DNA of 64,000 nucleotides. It comes from a virus. The notes below the pieces were generated by a model. The model did no database searches and was not told where the DNA came from. It saw only the letters and a program-made list of their open reading frames with translations. Of the stretch, positions 20,101-30,109 are shown in pieces; within the stretch, counting starts at the first letter, position 1; each line of letters starts with the position of its first letter. A program made the translations under genes and the position numbers. The DNA lies in the IMG/VR virus record IMGVR_UViG_3300025070_000024, positions 16,917-80,916 of that record. One strand, written 5' to 3'.

Positions 20101-21138
20101 TTATGTAGTAAGAGTGATTGTTAAATCGATATCGTCATCAAATGCTCCGGTCTGGATAGACCTATAAACATTGTAATTTCTTGTGGCAGTTCCTGCTGTT
20201 TGGTTAAACCCACTTCCACCGTTGTCGTATAAGACAAAGCTATCAGTGTAATCGGCAACCCCTAAGCCGCTAGTAGTAGCAGCTATTTCTGTAGCTGTAA
20301 AGATACTCGGAATAATTAAGTAAGTGTACTTAGTAGTATCCGCAGTATTACTGCTGCAAGCAAAGGTAATAGTTTGCGATGGCTCATTAGGGTCAGCGTC
20401 CAAAAGTGTTCTCACTTGGTTGCCTGTGCTAATAAGGGATGCTATATCGCTAACTGTTGCGCTAGTGTTCGCGTAGACATATACAGGATGCCTGTAAATA
20501 ATCTTAGTCTGTTTTGTAATCGGAACTAAGGAACCCGTGCCATCTGTTAGATAACCTAAGGTGTGCGTGACTGTGTACTGCAGTCCATTGCTAGTTAAAG
20601 CACTGCCAGAAGGTGTTATATGGTTGCCTGTAGAAGCATTGTATGGGCTTGAAATATTAGACCAGTTAGGAGTACTGTCAATCAAAGAAGTTCCCTGATT
20701 GTAGTTGTAGGTAACCTCTAGTCCTGCAGTACTGTCTAGGTTTCCAATATTTGAAATAGTATAAATAAAGCCTCCAATAACTCTGTTGTCAAGACCAGTC
20801 TGCACAACATAGTTTTCTCCTTCGATTATATCAGGGAAGTTGGTTGACGACGGAATAACAGATACAATAACTGGCTCTAAGAATGGAGCTAGCAGGTCTT
20901 GAATAATCGTTTCTAAGTTCGTTCCTGCGCTGTATGTAGTTACACCCGCAATAGCATCACCAATAGAGTTGGTGACAACCAAATCAGAACCTAATTCAAA
21001 CGAAGATGCAGAACCGCTAGAGCCAGCACTAACAGAAAGAGATAACCGATTCTCACTAATAGTAACGGTGTTATTACTTTCTGTAATTTTAACCACATTA
21101 GCTATAGGCTGCGTTATGATGATTTTGTTTGCCATCAC
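20101..21138 (-). CDS. Structural protein
   Basis: 345 aa beta-rich, YNVYRS near C-terminus. Confidence 0.55.
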   Translation of the reverse strand: MMANKIIITQPIANVVKITESNNTVTISENRLSLSVSAGSSGSASSFELGSDLVVTNSIGDAIAGVTTYSAGTNLETIIQDLLAPFLEPVIVSVIPSSTNFPDIIEGENYVVQTGLDNRVIGGFIYTISNIGNLDSTAGLEVTYNYNQGTSLIDSTPNWSNISSPYNASTGNHITPSGSALTSNGLQYTVTHTLGYLTDGTGSLVPITKQTKIIYRHPVYVYANTSATVSDIASLISTGNQVRTLLDADPNEPSQTITFACSSNTADTTKYTYLIIPSIFTATEIAATTSGLGVADYTDSFVLYDNGGSGFNQTAGTATRNYNVYRSIQTGAFDDDIDLTITLTT

Positions 21139-21518
21139 TCAGTAACCTGTGGCTTGACTTTGAATTTCCCTTCAATGATTCTTTCTACGGAAGAGTCACT
21201 GTGCACTAGTTCTAGGTCATACACTCCCTGGTTAAAGGTCATTGCATCAGTAGTACTCGAAGGAATAGTCAGAGTGAACTTGCCGATATCGTCTCCTGAT
21301 TGTGTAGGAATATCGAAGTGAGCTAAATACCCTGTGTCTGCAGTATCGTTACTAGTAGCCCGATACACAAACTCCGTGTCTGTAATATGGTCTTTTACAG
21401 CCATACGCACCCTAGCACCAGTTAAACTGATTCCTGCATTAGAACTGTTCTTATACACAAATGTGACCTCGTGCTGAGATCCCTGCTCTACTATGAAGTT
21501 GTATTTACCAGATGCCAT
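21135..21518 (-). CDS. Structural adaptor-like protein
   Basis: GKYNFIVEQGS...GVYDLEL...RIIEGKFKV motif common in phage virion genes. Confidence 0.6.
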   Translation of the reverse strand: MASGKYNFIVEQGSQHEVTFVYKNSSNAGISLTGARVRMAVKDHITDTEFVYRATSNDTADTGYLAHFDIPTQSGDDIGKFTLTIPSSTTDAMTFNQGVYDLELVHSDSSVERIIEGKFKVKPQVTE

Positions 21519-22744
21519 TACAATACATATTCAAAAACGTTTGGTTTGCCCCTACCGTTATTCTCAATAACTGTATAACCTGGACTACTATTCCAACCAT
21601 TACTCTCTGAGTAAAAGTTGCCTGTAAATAAAGGTGCTACAGCAATTTGGCGGTAGTTTGCTTGATCTACGAGTTTTTCTTCTATAGTAGAGTATACTCT
21701 TTTTCCTTTGCGGGAATGCCAATGGCCTCCTAACATAACATTGTACATACCCTGCTTTCCATGCTCCCAAAAAGCCTTACCTAAATCACCTTTAGATATG
21801 TTGTAATGATTGTGGGTAAGCAGGTAGAATATACCGTCTACTTCTATTCCTAAAAGTAAAGGATGATGCTCAATATTTAAAGCAGTGTTTTCTTGCAGCA
21901 TATAAGCAAGAAGTGACGCCACAGAACCTTGAGGGTCTCCAGTTAGTTTTGGGCTTGTCCTGTCGTGGTTTCCACTAACTATAGCAACCCTGACGGCATT
22001 ATTTAAACTGGTCAAAAAGCGTTTGAGGATCGTATACGCTGTAATCACTATGTGCGAACCGTATCCATCCTTTTCTAACTCTTTCCAAGTTGATTCGTGG
22101 TTAATACCAGTAAAGGATTCTATAAAATCTCCTAGCAAGCATACCGTAACCTTCTTGTATTTGTGAGTATTTACGTTAGTAGCAACCTCTTGTAGTCGTG
22201 ACACTACATCCTTAGTACTGAAGCTAGGGGTATTCCCTATAGCGTCTACTTGTGCACCTATGTGAAAGTCGCTAAGAACAAGCACACACTCGTTTGTACC
22301 TGGTTGAGTGTAAATCTGAAAACCATCTACACTGGTATTCAAGTCCTCTTTGATTCTTGCCCAATCAACAGTTGACACTTTGGGCGTTAAGTGAACTTTT
22401 ACCTGATAGAAGGTTTTAGAACCTGTTTTTGTCGGAGCATCCCAACTGTTACAGGTATAGCGTTCTACTTCCCAAACATTTAAGTCTACTTTAAAGTGCT
22501 TTATAGCTTTATCTAAAGAGTCTATTTGCTCCGGTCCCTTGTAGGTCAGTACAGCATCTTTAGAAGATAGTGATTTACCTGTACAGGATTTAGGGCCGTT
22601 GCGTAACTCTCCTATTTTTCTACGTAAAGTTCGGTGACTTAAAGAAAGGGTATCATAATCTAGCAGAATAGTAGACGCAATCTCTGAATGAGATTTTTCT
22701 GAATACCTGTTACAGTAGTCGGCTATTATTTCTTCTAAGCTCAT
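21518..22744 (-). CDS. Calcineurin-like metallophosphoesterase with N-terminal HTH-like region
   Basis: SDFHIG, LGDFIE, SGNHDR, GHWH motifs. Confidence 0.8.
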   Translation of the reverse strand: MSLEEIIADYCNRYSEKSHSEIASTILLDYDTLSLSHRTLRRKIGELRNGPKSCTGKSLSSKDAVLTYKGPEQIDSLDKAIKHFKVDLNVWEVERYTCNSWDAPTKTGSKTFYQVKVHLTPKVSTVDWARIKEDLNTSVDGFQIYTQPGTNECVLVLSDFHIGAQVDAIGNTPSFSTKDVVSRLQEVATNVNTHKYKKVTVCLLGDFIESFTGINHESTWKELEKDGYGSHIVITAYTILKRFLTSLNNAVRVAIVSGNHDRTSPKLTGDPQGSVASLLAYMLQENTALNIEHHPLLLGIEVDGIFYLLTHNHYNISKGDLGKAFWEHGKQGMYNVMLGGHWHSRKGKRVYSTIEEKLVDQANYRQIAVAPLFTGNFYSESNGWNSSPGYTVIENNGRGKPNVFEYVL

Positions 22745-24471
22745 GCTTCAGAAATACTATACCTTATTTTGATTCGGTCTACAGGAAGAGTAGACCACAA
22801 TATATTATTCCTAGCAAAAGTCCAAGAACCTGTACCTAGAGAAGACGACGTTGCTGTAGTAATGAAATTAGTTTGATTCAGTTCTAGCGTAGGGAACAGA
22901 TCAATTTCGTAGTCTGAAGCTGTAATGCCTTCATTAGCAGTAAACGTAATCGTTATTGTCTCTGCAGCATCGTCTGGATCCCAATGGTTAGGGGACACTG
23001 ACAAGGATCCAACAGTAGCTAAATCCACCGGGGTGTCAGATACAGCTTCAAAATATATAAGATTACTTACTCGTTGGGATACCCAGCTAGTTTTAAAATA
23101 CAAATCTCTGTCTACAGTAGCAGGTAGTGTTACTGCAGTAGAACTCATAAATCCACCGTTGTCAGGTACAGAAATGGAAATGGTTTCGCTGACTTCAGGA
23201 ACCCCACTAAAATCTGAAGATGTGTAACCCTCTACCTTAATGGTGCTGTTATATACCTGAGAATACAGGCTGTAATAGATAAAGCCGGATGACGCAGGCT
23301 CATTCAACCGGAAGTTTACTACGTCAGACGGCTCAAAATCTACAGTAGTAGTAGTAGTACTATTAACCCAAACACTTGCTGCAGAAAGAGTAGCGGTTTG
23401 ATTCGATGTAGGTAGAGTAAGAGTATTCTTTGCCTCTAGGACATAAAATACCAATGCTACTGTACTATCAAAGTCGTCAGACAGATTGACGCTAGAAACA
23501 TATGTGCCATTTGCTTGAAGCGAAGTAAAGTCTAGACTGTGTGTAGAGACAGTGGAGCCATTTGACACCAGAACCTTTGCAGTAAGATCTGCTAATCCTT
23601 TCTTTTGCCCAGAATAGCTAGGGCCACTGCTAAGTGTTTGGAAGCTGTAATCAGTGGTTACAGGGGATATAGAAAACCCTACTTGATTATTAGGAATGAG
23701 CGGATTGTACTCAGATGTGTATAGCGTAACATTCAAGTGTTTAGCCGCACCTAAGCGAAAATCATAGGTTCTCCCTTGGTGAAGCAGGGTGTCAGCAACC
23801 GCGAGAAGGCCATCATTATTTAAATCTCCTAATGGAACATCTGGGAATGTTGTAACCAACCCTACAGAATCAGATGACTCTAGAGTTCCTAACGAATATG
23901 GTGACTCGCTGTACCCTAGCTTAACGGCTTGAGTGATAGCACCAGCTAATGCTGTAGTCACGGTGATTACTCCTGAATATGTATTCGGTATAGTAAAGGA
24001 GAAATCAGCATCATTATCCTCGGCATTTACTAAAACAATATTTGATGCAGAGTCTCCATATTGAGTGCTGATTACTGCATTAACCTCATATCCTGTTATT
24101 GGAGATAAGTCAGAAACACCGATAACCTCAAACGTTATAGTTCCCCCAGGAGAATATGTTGCTGTAGTGTTTTGGTATGTAGTAAAATTACCATCATAGT
24201 ACACCACATCGTAAGTGACGACAGGAGGGGTGTAGTCATCAAAGCCTGGATCTTCGGGGTCGTCTACATAGCCGTTTTTAGCTGTGTAGAGGAGGGTATT
24301 AATAAAGAAATCTTGCTTATCACAATCCCTATGCAGATCATACTCTGCCTTAGCAATATAGATTGCAGATGCGCCTGAGAAGTACTCATCTAGAGCAACA
24401 TTCAGGTCTGTAGTAGTATCGTAGTCAGCAGGTAAGAAAAACATTAAGAACAGCCGCAAATACAGGTGCAA
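22741..24471 (-). CDS. Structural protein (beta-rich, one dockerin-like motif)
   Basis: 576 aa; GDLNNDGLLAVAD; start uncertain. Confidence 0.55.
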   Translation of the reverse strand: MHLYLRLFLMFFLPADYDTTTDLNVALDEYFSGASAIYIAKAEYDLHRDCDKQDFFINTLLYTAKNGYVDDPEDPGFDDYTPPVVTYDVVYYDGNFTTYQNTTATYSPGGTITFEVIGVSDLSPITGYEVNAVISTQYGDSASNIVLVNAEDNDADFSFTIPNTYSGVITVTTALAGAITQAVKLGYSESPYSLGTLESSDSVGLVTTFPDVPLGDLNNDGLLAVADTLLHQGRTYDFRLGAAKHLNVTLYTSEYNPLIPNNQVGFSISPVTTDYSFQTLSSGPSYSGQKKGLADLTAKVLVSNGSTVSTHSLDFTSLQANGTYVSSVNLSDDFDSTVALVFYVLEAKNTLTLPTSNQTATLSAASVWVNSTTTTTVDFEPSDVVNFRLNEPASSGFIYYSLYSQVYNSTIKVEGYTSSDFSGVPEVSETISISVPDNGGFMSSTAVTLPATVDRDLYFKTSWVSQRVSNLIYFEAVSDTPVDLATVGSLSVSPNHWDPDDAAETITITFTANEGITASDYEIDLFPTLELNQTNFITTATSSSLGTGSWTFARNNILWSTLPVDRIKIRYSISEA

Positions 24472-25043
24472 GAACTTCCGGTACAGATGTTAGACATCAA
24501 TGTGACTTTTCGTTCTGCTGCTGTATAACGGGCTGCATTAACATCAAGTTGTGCACCTGTTCTAAGTGACACTAGCTCTTGCAGTGTCTGTAATTGCTGG
24601 GTCTCTTTACACTTATCGCATGAACTAGCTAAATAAGTGTCGAGCTTGGTAGAGATGCACGTATCTATAGTAGCTAAGTACAAAGTGTACTCGTCAAAAC
24701 TATAGGTAGTGCCTCCAAATGAGTAGTCAACTTGAAAACGATAAAGACCGTCCGGAAACGTACTGGTAGTTATCGAGGGAACTTTGGACGGAGTAATCTC
24801 TAACGGATTACCCCAAGGTTGGGCTAGAACATAATTGTATCCTGCATTAGATACAATCGCTTGTTCCTCAGCAGCATTTGCTCCTGTAGAAGTGTCTAAC
24901 AGAGTTTCTTCCTCAGGAACAGTATGTCGACTTGGAGTATTGACCTTAAGAAGTAAATCTTCACGTGCCGTGGCGTTAGGGGTGTGATCCTGTAATTGGA
25001 ACACACCCCCGACAACCTTAATTCTCCAATATCCTGTAGCCAT
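24444..25043 (-). CDS. Tail hub-like structural protein
   Basis: FPDGLY motif and Cys-rich C-terminus (CTCICGCS); synteny. Confidence 0.5.
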   Translation of the reverse strand: MATGYWRIKVVGGVFQLQDHTPNATAREDLLLKVNTPSRHTVPEEETLLDTSTGANAAEEQAIVSNAGYNYVLAQPWGNPLEITPSKVPSITTSTFPDGLYRFQVDYSFGGTTYSFDEYTLYLATIDTCISTKLDTYLASSCDKCKETQQLQTLQELVSLRTGAQLDVNAARYTAAERKVTLMSNICTGSSCTCICGCS

Positions 25044-25053
25044 AGTTTAAGGC

Positions 25054-25863
25054 TTATGCCAAGAAGGTATCCAACGTACCGTTCAAAGTAGTGTTAGAAG
25101 CAAGGGTATACAAAACAATCTCGTGAATGTCTGTACGGTCCCCATGCGTCTGCTCTACAAACAAACAAGTCCGATCGTATGTATAGGCTCCAGTAACAAC
25201 TGCAGGCTTTACTACGTTGGGTCCAGCAATGTTAGTCACACCTTGAATAGGAAGAGCAGCTTGAACTTCGGCATTTACATCAGCTGCAGTACCAATAGTA
25301 AACTCAGCTGGAGTAGCGTTAGTAACAGCACTAGATGCATCATTAGCTGCACCTCGCATATTAACGTTCAAAGGCATTGTGATTTGAATCACAGTAGTAG
25401 CACCACCCTTCTCAGCAGCTTCAACATCTTTGAAGATATCACGCTTAGAAGCATTGATGGCAATAACTAACTGATCAACAGCAGCAGCGTCATTAGCTGC
25501 TCCTACTGCTTCAAAAGTCGCAATAGTAAACTTCTCACGGCCTTCAGTAACATTAATCAGCTTAATGTATGCAGAACCATCAGCTTCAATCTTAGGAGTA
25601 ACCTCCAGGATTTGCTGAGTGCCATTATTGTGATCTTCAATTGTAGATGATTTTACATCTGCTCCTTTAAAAAGCAAAGAGCTTCCTTCACCAGTTTGAA
25701 ACTGAAAAGTTTTAGCTGCAGAATCAGCAGCATTAATAGCAGGCCATGGTGCACTGCTAACAGTAGCAGTACCATCAACAAAAGCGACAAGTTTACCGGG
25801 ATCTACAGTTGTAGCAGTGGCGGCGGCGTCATTAGAGACGAGAACAGTCTTAGTATGAGACAT
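25054..25863 (-). CDS. Auxiliary capsid/decoration protein (paralogue B)
   Basis: Ala/Thr rich; similar to 25896..27074. Confidence 0.5.
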   Translation of the reverse strand: MSHTKTVLVSNDAAATATTVDPGKLVAFVDGTATVSSAPWPAINAADSAAKTFQFQTGEGSSLLFKGADVKSSTIEDHNNGTQQILEVTPKIEADGSAYIKLINVTEGREKFTIATFEAVGAANDAAAVDQLVIAINASKRDIFKDVEAAEKGGATTVIQITMPLNVNMRGAANDASSAVTNATPAEFTIGTAADVNAEVQAALPIQGVTNIAGPNVVKPAVVTGAYTYDRTCLFVEQTHGDRTDIHEIVLYTLASNTTLNGTLDTFLA

Positions 25864-25895
25864 TTGTATGTATTAAAGAATTAGAGAATTGTCAA

Positions 25896-27074
25896 TTATG
25901 CGACTGTTGCTGCAGTATCTGTAGCTGCAGTTGATACGTTACCAGAAGTATCTGTAATAGTGGCGGTCGCAGTAAGCGTTACAGACGCAGCATAGCTATC
26001 GGCGGTTACGCCAGTATTTATTACACGAGCAGTAGTCGCATCAACAGCTACATTAATAGTAACATCTGCTTCTGAACCACTGCTGCTCAGTACAATTGTA
26101 CCGTTAGCTGCATCAGAGGCAAATGAGCCAGCAAGCGATACGAAGATTGCATCTGCATCACTAACATCATAAGTACTAGCAGAAGTCCCTTCCGCATCAC
26201 TTGCAAATGCAACTGAAGTAAACGCGGCCGGAGCAGTTAAGTCAACCACTGCACTGCCGAACATCTCTTCTAGCACCTCAAGTAAGTTGCTGTCACCTTC
26301 GTCATCAGCAATACAGATCCGCACGACTTCGTTCACTTTGCGGCGATTTGGAAGTGATTTTTCAATTTCGACAGTATAGATGCTGTAGTCAAGCCCTGTG
26401 CCAGTAGCAGAAGCAGGCACTACAATTGGAAACTCGTATTGATTGTAAGCACCCGCACTGATATATGCACGAGTCTCCAAATCAATGACATTTGATTGTT
26501 GGCCTAAGCGCCCATTGTTATCGCCAGAGACACTAACAGTTAAAGCGTCGTCACCAGTTACAACTACATCGCTTCCACGAGGAGTCACTGTGATAGCAAC
26601 GTCTGATCCACTAACAGCCATTGTTACGTTCTTAAAACGCTCTGTATCAGAACGTCCTGCGAAGTTGGCTACTATTTCGGTAGCGTTTTTGCCTGTCACG
26701 CCTAAAACATCGTATAACTCTACGCCGTTTTTTGCTTCTAAACGAATAGAGTTCATGGATGCCACGATATTACCTACTGTAATAACTTGATTAGTACCGG
26801 CATTTGGCTGAGAGAACTTGATATTTTTAATATCACTCCGCAAAAACTCTGTACTACTTAACGTGGCTAAACTTCCATCAGGTTGAGTATGAGCAGCAGT
26901 AAGCTTGATAAGACCATTTAAGGCTCCAGAAGAGTTACCAGCAATAACAGCTCCATCATGCTGCACAAATAGCTTCCCATCAGTAGCCGCATTTGCAACA
27001 CTTGTGGCTAAGCAGTTTGCTGCAGTAGAGTCGATGTCGCCGCGTACAACAAGAGTAGTTTCAGTAAAACTCAT
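25896..27074 (-). CDS. Auxiliary capsid/decoration protein (paralogue A, C-terminal Ig-like extension)
   Basis: DLTAP...TATATITDTSGNVS Big-like tail; downstream of capsid genes. Confidence 0.5.
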   Translation of the reverse strand: MSFTETTLVVRGDIDSTAANCLATSVANAATDGKLFVQHDGAVIAGNSSGALNGLIKLTAAHTQPDGSLATLSSTEFLRSDIKNIKFSQPNAGTNQVITVGNIVASMNSIRLEAKNGVELYDVLGVTGKNATEIVANFAGRSDTERFKNVTMAVSGSDVAITVTPRGSDVVVTGDDALTVSVSGDNNGRLGQQSNVIDLETRAYISAGAYNQYEFPIVVPASATGTGLDYSIYTVEIEKSLPNRRKVNEVVRICIADDEGDSNLLEVLEEMFGSAVVDLTAPAAFTSVAFASDAEGTSASTYDVSDADAIFVSLAGSFASDAANGTIVLSSSGSEADVTINVAVDATTARVINTGVTADSYAASVTLTATATITDTSGNVSTAATDTAATVA

Positions 27075-27766
27075 TATTCAGATTTTGATTGTTCAATCGA
27101 ATTTGTTTGGTATCTAGGAGACTCAATAGCCTCTATAATATTCTTTACTGCTAGGTCCACAATCTCTTGGTGAGTGTGGGTTGCAAGCTCGCAATCTAGG
27201 GACGAAGATAGGTTAATCTGTACCGGATTGCGAATATAGTCGACGAATACCGTTTTTAATATATACTTTTCGCCATCCTGGAAGACTCTTATTTCGTCAT
27301 CATGGATGAATCCAGAAGGTGCTACTTTGCTGGGTTTGGCGAAAGGATTCTCTATATGAGAATACATTTGATCTTGCTCTACTATACGAAGTTCCCGCTT
27401 AACTAAACTATCTGACGTGCTAACTGCAGTCTTACAATTATTAGTATGAAACTCTATTCTAGCATTGATTAAAAACATGTAGTCTACCGGAAGGTCGAAG
27501 TTCACAAACTCCAAAGCAGAGTTTGGAACAACGCCATCCGTGTAGTCTACCGTAATAACTAAGCGCAGGTCATCAACACGTTTTTGCAACTTGCTGAATC
27601 CGAGCTTTTTGCTATCAAATACAGGTGCCAAGCGATGCTTTATATATCGATCCTGAGCGCGGTTTAACCAAAAGTCAACCTCTTCAGGAAGGAAGTAATC
27701 GTAAACTGAGGATGCTACCTTTTGCAATCCCTGGTCTACGGCATAGTGCATCTCTTGTACAGTCAT
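27074..27766 (-). CDS. Head-tail ring protein
   Basis: MTVQEMH start, LP.DYMFL, CEL..HTHQEIVDLAV motifs typical of crAss-like ring proteins. Confidence 0.65.
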   Translation of the reverse strand: MTVQEMHYAVDQGLQKVASSVYDYFLPEEVDFWLNRAQDRYIKHRLAPVFDSKKLGFSKLQKRVDDLRLVITVDYTDGVVPNSALEFVNFDLPVDYMFLINARIEFHTNNCKTAVSTSDSLVKRELRIVEQDQMYSHIENPFAKPSKVAPSGFIHDDEIRVFQDGEKYILKTVFVDYIRNPVQINLSSSLDCELATHTHQEIVDLAVKNIIEAIESPRYQTNSIEQSKSE

Positions 27767-28573
27767 TTATGCGTAAGCCTTTAGTTTGGCTTTTATAGAA
27801 GTTAAAACATTGGAGTTCTTCTTATCCTTCAAAAACAAAATTGCTGCCTCCATAGAGTCTCCTAAAGATACATCTCCGTCGAGTATTGTATTCCCTACTT
27901 TTCTCAATACTTCTGTAGTCAGGCATTCGTTAATCAAAGACGTCAAGTCTAAGTTTTTATCTGTAACGATATCTAGGAAGTACTGAGGGTTGTCCTCAAG
28001 AAGTTCTTCTAACTGCAGCTCCTTCTCCTCAGCTTTTAAGTCTTTTGGTTTGTATCCATAGATAATAAGAACCTTGTCCATACGGTCAGAGTTGTCAGAA
28101 AGCTTGATATACTCCTTGTAAGCACTCTTACGTAAGTCTAAGCCCATCTTAGCCTGCTTCAGCTCTCTGCGGTTATCAGACAAGTAATACTGATGCTTCT
28201 TACTAGCAGACAAGTCTTCTTCATCCTGCACCACATATGGGTGGGCTAAAGCAAATTTGTAGCGAATAAAATCAGCACGGTTCAAAGGGTAGCCCTCTTC
28301 GTCTACTCCAATTTCTAAATCGACACCTCCCATAGGAATTTCCACTGTGAGATTCAGGTAGTAGTCTTTACAGGCTCTACCAAAGTTTGGGTCTTCTGCG
28401 CTTACGCCTAAAACTTCTGGCAGCAACTTTCGCTGTTCCGCAAAAGTCAGACCTCTAATGATATCACCGCTTCCGGTGTAAACAGATCCAATACGACGTT
28501 TGGCTTCGGTGTAAATGTCATCCGGAAGGTTTGTAGGGTTCGGGCGACGGTTAAGTGTAACTATATGTGACAT
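27767..28573 (-). CDS. Conserved crAss-like protein downstream of major capsid
   Basis: Likely ATG at 28573 (the track extension overlaps the terminator); synteny. Confidence 0.6.
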   Translation of the reverse strand: MSHIVTLNRRPNPTNLPDDIYTEAKRRIGSVYTGSGDIIRGLTFAEQRKLLPEVLGVSAEDPNFGRACKDYYLNLTVEIPMGGVDLEIGVDEEGYPLNRADFIRYKFALAHPYVVQDEEDLSASKKHQYYLSDNRRELKQAKMGLDLRKSAYKEYIKLSDNSDRMDKVLIIYGYKPKDLKAEEKELQLEELLEDNPQYFLDIVTDKNLDLTSLINECLTTEVLRKVGNTILDGDVSLGDSMEAAILFLKDKKNSNVLTSIKAKLKAYA

Positions 28574-28604
28574 ATCTATTGTAACTAATGGGTTTCTAGG
28601 AATG

Positions 28605-28640
28605 AAAAAGGGGAGAGGGTACATTTCCCTCCCCCCTTTC
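28605..28640 (-). terminator. Intrinsic terminator after major capsid gene
   Basis: GGGGAGAGGG/CCCTCCCC imperfect hairpin followed by a T run on the minus strand. Confidence 0.65.
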
Positions 28641-28658
28641 TCGGTTTTGTAAGTCTAA

Positions 28659-30089
28659 TTAAGACTTAGTGCACTCTAAGTGCAAGCAATTGGTAGCGCG
28701 ACGAATCGCAACACCACACTCCTTCATGAAGTGGACAGAAGATCCGTCAACATCAGTAGCGCGGAGAGCGTTACCACCAAATCCTGGAGGAACACTAGCA
28801 CCTGCAACTGCCCAACGAATCAGCTCACGTCCCTTACGAGAAATGTACTGAACATTCTTCTCTCCATCGTATGTGCTCATATCGAGGAAGATCATCCGAT
28901 AGCTCTCCATAGGGAGACCAGTGACCGGGTGACGATCAGCATTCAACGCACGAGCACCATGGTCAAACAAGGGCAAGTGGCGAACAGTGATGGTATGACC
29001 ATCAATGTGCTGATAAGAAGTAAAGAAGCCACCAAGCTGCAAGTTGCTTCCGCTTCCGCTGATAAAGCTACCTGGGTCAGTGTTCTTAATGTATTGTCCT
29101 GAGCTAATCTCAGACTTCATAGCATTGTCGAACTCTTCCATTCCACCGATACCAGTGAACAGAACGATGTTCATCTGCTGAGCATCGGTAGCTCCATACA
29201 GAGCATCACGAACAACAGACTTCAACTTAGAAGCAGTCAACTGAGAGTATGTATCCACGTTAGGAATCTGCTCAAGCACACCAGAACCAATGGTAATTGG
29301 CTTGCCGTTGTCATCCTTCAAGTGAATAAGTCCGTTAGCATCACGGTTGTACTGGCTGTACCACAGTGCATACTCAGACTCTTCCTTCCAACGCAACATA
29401 TGCTGATACTCCTCAAAGTCGTACCACAAGTTGGTTGAGCGTCCACCAACATTGAACTCGAAGTTCACAACGCGATCAGGCATGTTGCCTTCATACGCAT
29501 AAGACTTACGGATCAAGCTGATTTGGTTACGCATCTTGGAAGGAGCAACCCAATGGCTTTCGTTTCCGCGAGATCCGCTCATTGCAGCTGGAGCATACAA
29601 TTGAACAAACATCTTGTTTACGAAAGTGTCAGAAGCAGCAGTTGCTGCACCATCGGAAGCAACAAGCTGAACGCTATACTCATAGCCGTCGGCTACGGGA
29701 GTAGGGTCATCCATCACACGCACTTGAGTTCCATCAGGAGCCTCCAAGATGTATTGACGCACGAACCAACGCTCAGGGAACGTTAACTTGATCCGGGTGT
29801 GGTTTGCACCTTGACCAGATTGTCCAGTACACTCAACAGCCTTGTTCATACGACCCATAACTGGGTAATCGTACTCAACGTCGTTGATGTATTTAGTAGC
29901 GCCCATGCCTTCAGTTAAAAAGCTAAGCGGGAAACGCTTGTCTTCTTGACCAGAGAGATGAGTGATAACAGGAGACAGCACATCAGGCTGAGTGAGGAGA
30001 GCAGCAGCTAAGCTGTTCTCGTCAGTCATCGAGGAGCTGTTAAAGGTGTCTTCGTATAGACGAAGTTTTTTCAAGTTGTCTGCGGACAT
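28659..30089 (-). CDS. Major capsid protein
   Basis: 476 aa; RNQISLIRKSY, GSGVLEQI, HIDGHTITVRHLPLFD motifs; portal-scaffold-MCP synteny. Confidence 0.85.
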   Translation of the reverse strand: MSADNLKKLRLYEDTFNSSSMTDENSLAAALLTQPDVLSPVITHLSGQEDKRFPLSFLTEGMGATKYINDVEYDYPVMGRMNKAVECTGQSGQGANHTRIKLTFPERWFVRQYILEAPDGTQVRVMDDPTPVADGYEYSVQLVASDGAATAASDTFVNKMFVQLYAPAAMSGSRGNESHWVAPSKMRNQISLIRKSYAYEGNMPDRVVNFEFNVGGRSTNLWYDFEEYQHMLRWKEESEYALWYSQYNRDANGLIHLKDDNGKPITIGSGVLEQIPNVDTYSQLTASKLKSVVRDALYGATDAQQMNIVLFTGIGGMEEFDNAMKSEISSGQYIKNTDPGSFISGSGSNLQLGGFFTSYQHIDGHTITVRHLPLFDHGARALNADRHPVTGLPMESYRMIFLDMSTYDGEKNVQYISRKGRELIRWAVAGASVPPGFGGNALRATDVDGSSVHFMKECGVAIRRATNCLHLECTKS

Positions 30090-30109
30090 GTGTAGTAATT
30101 ATATAAAGG

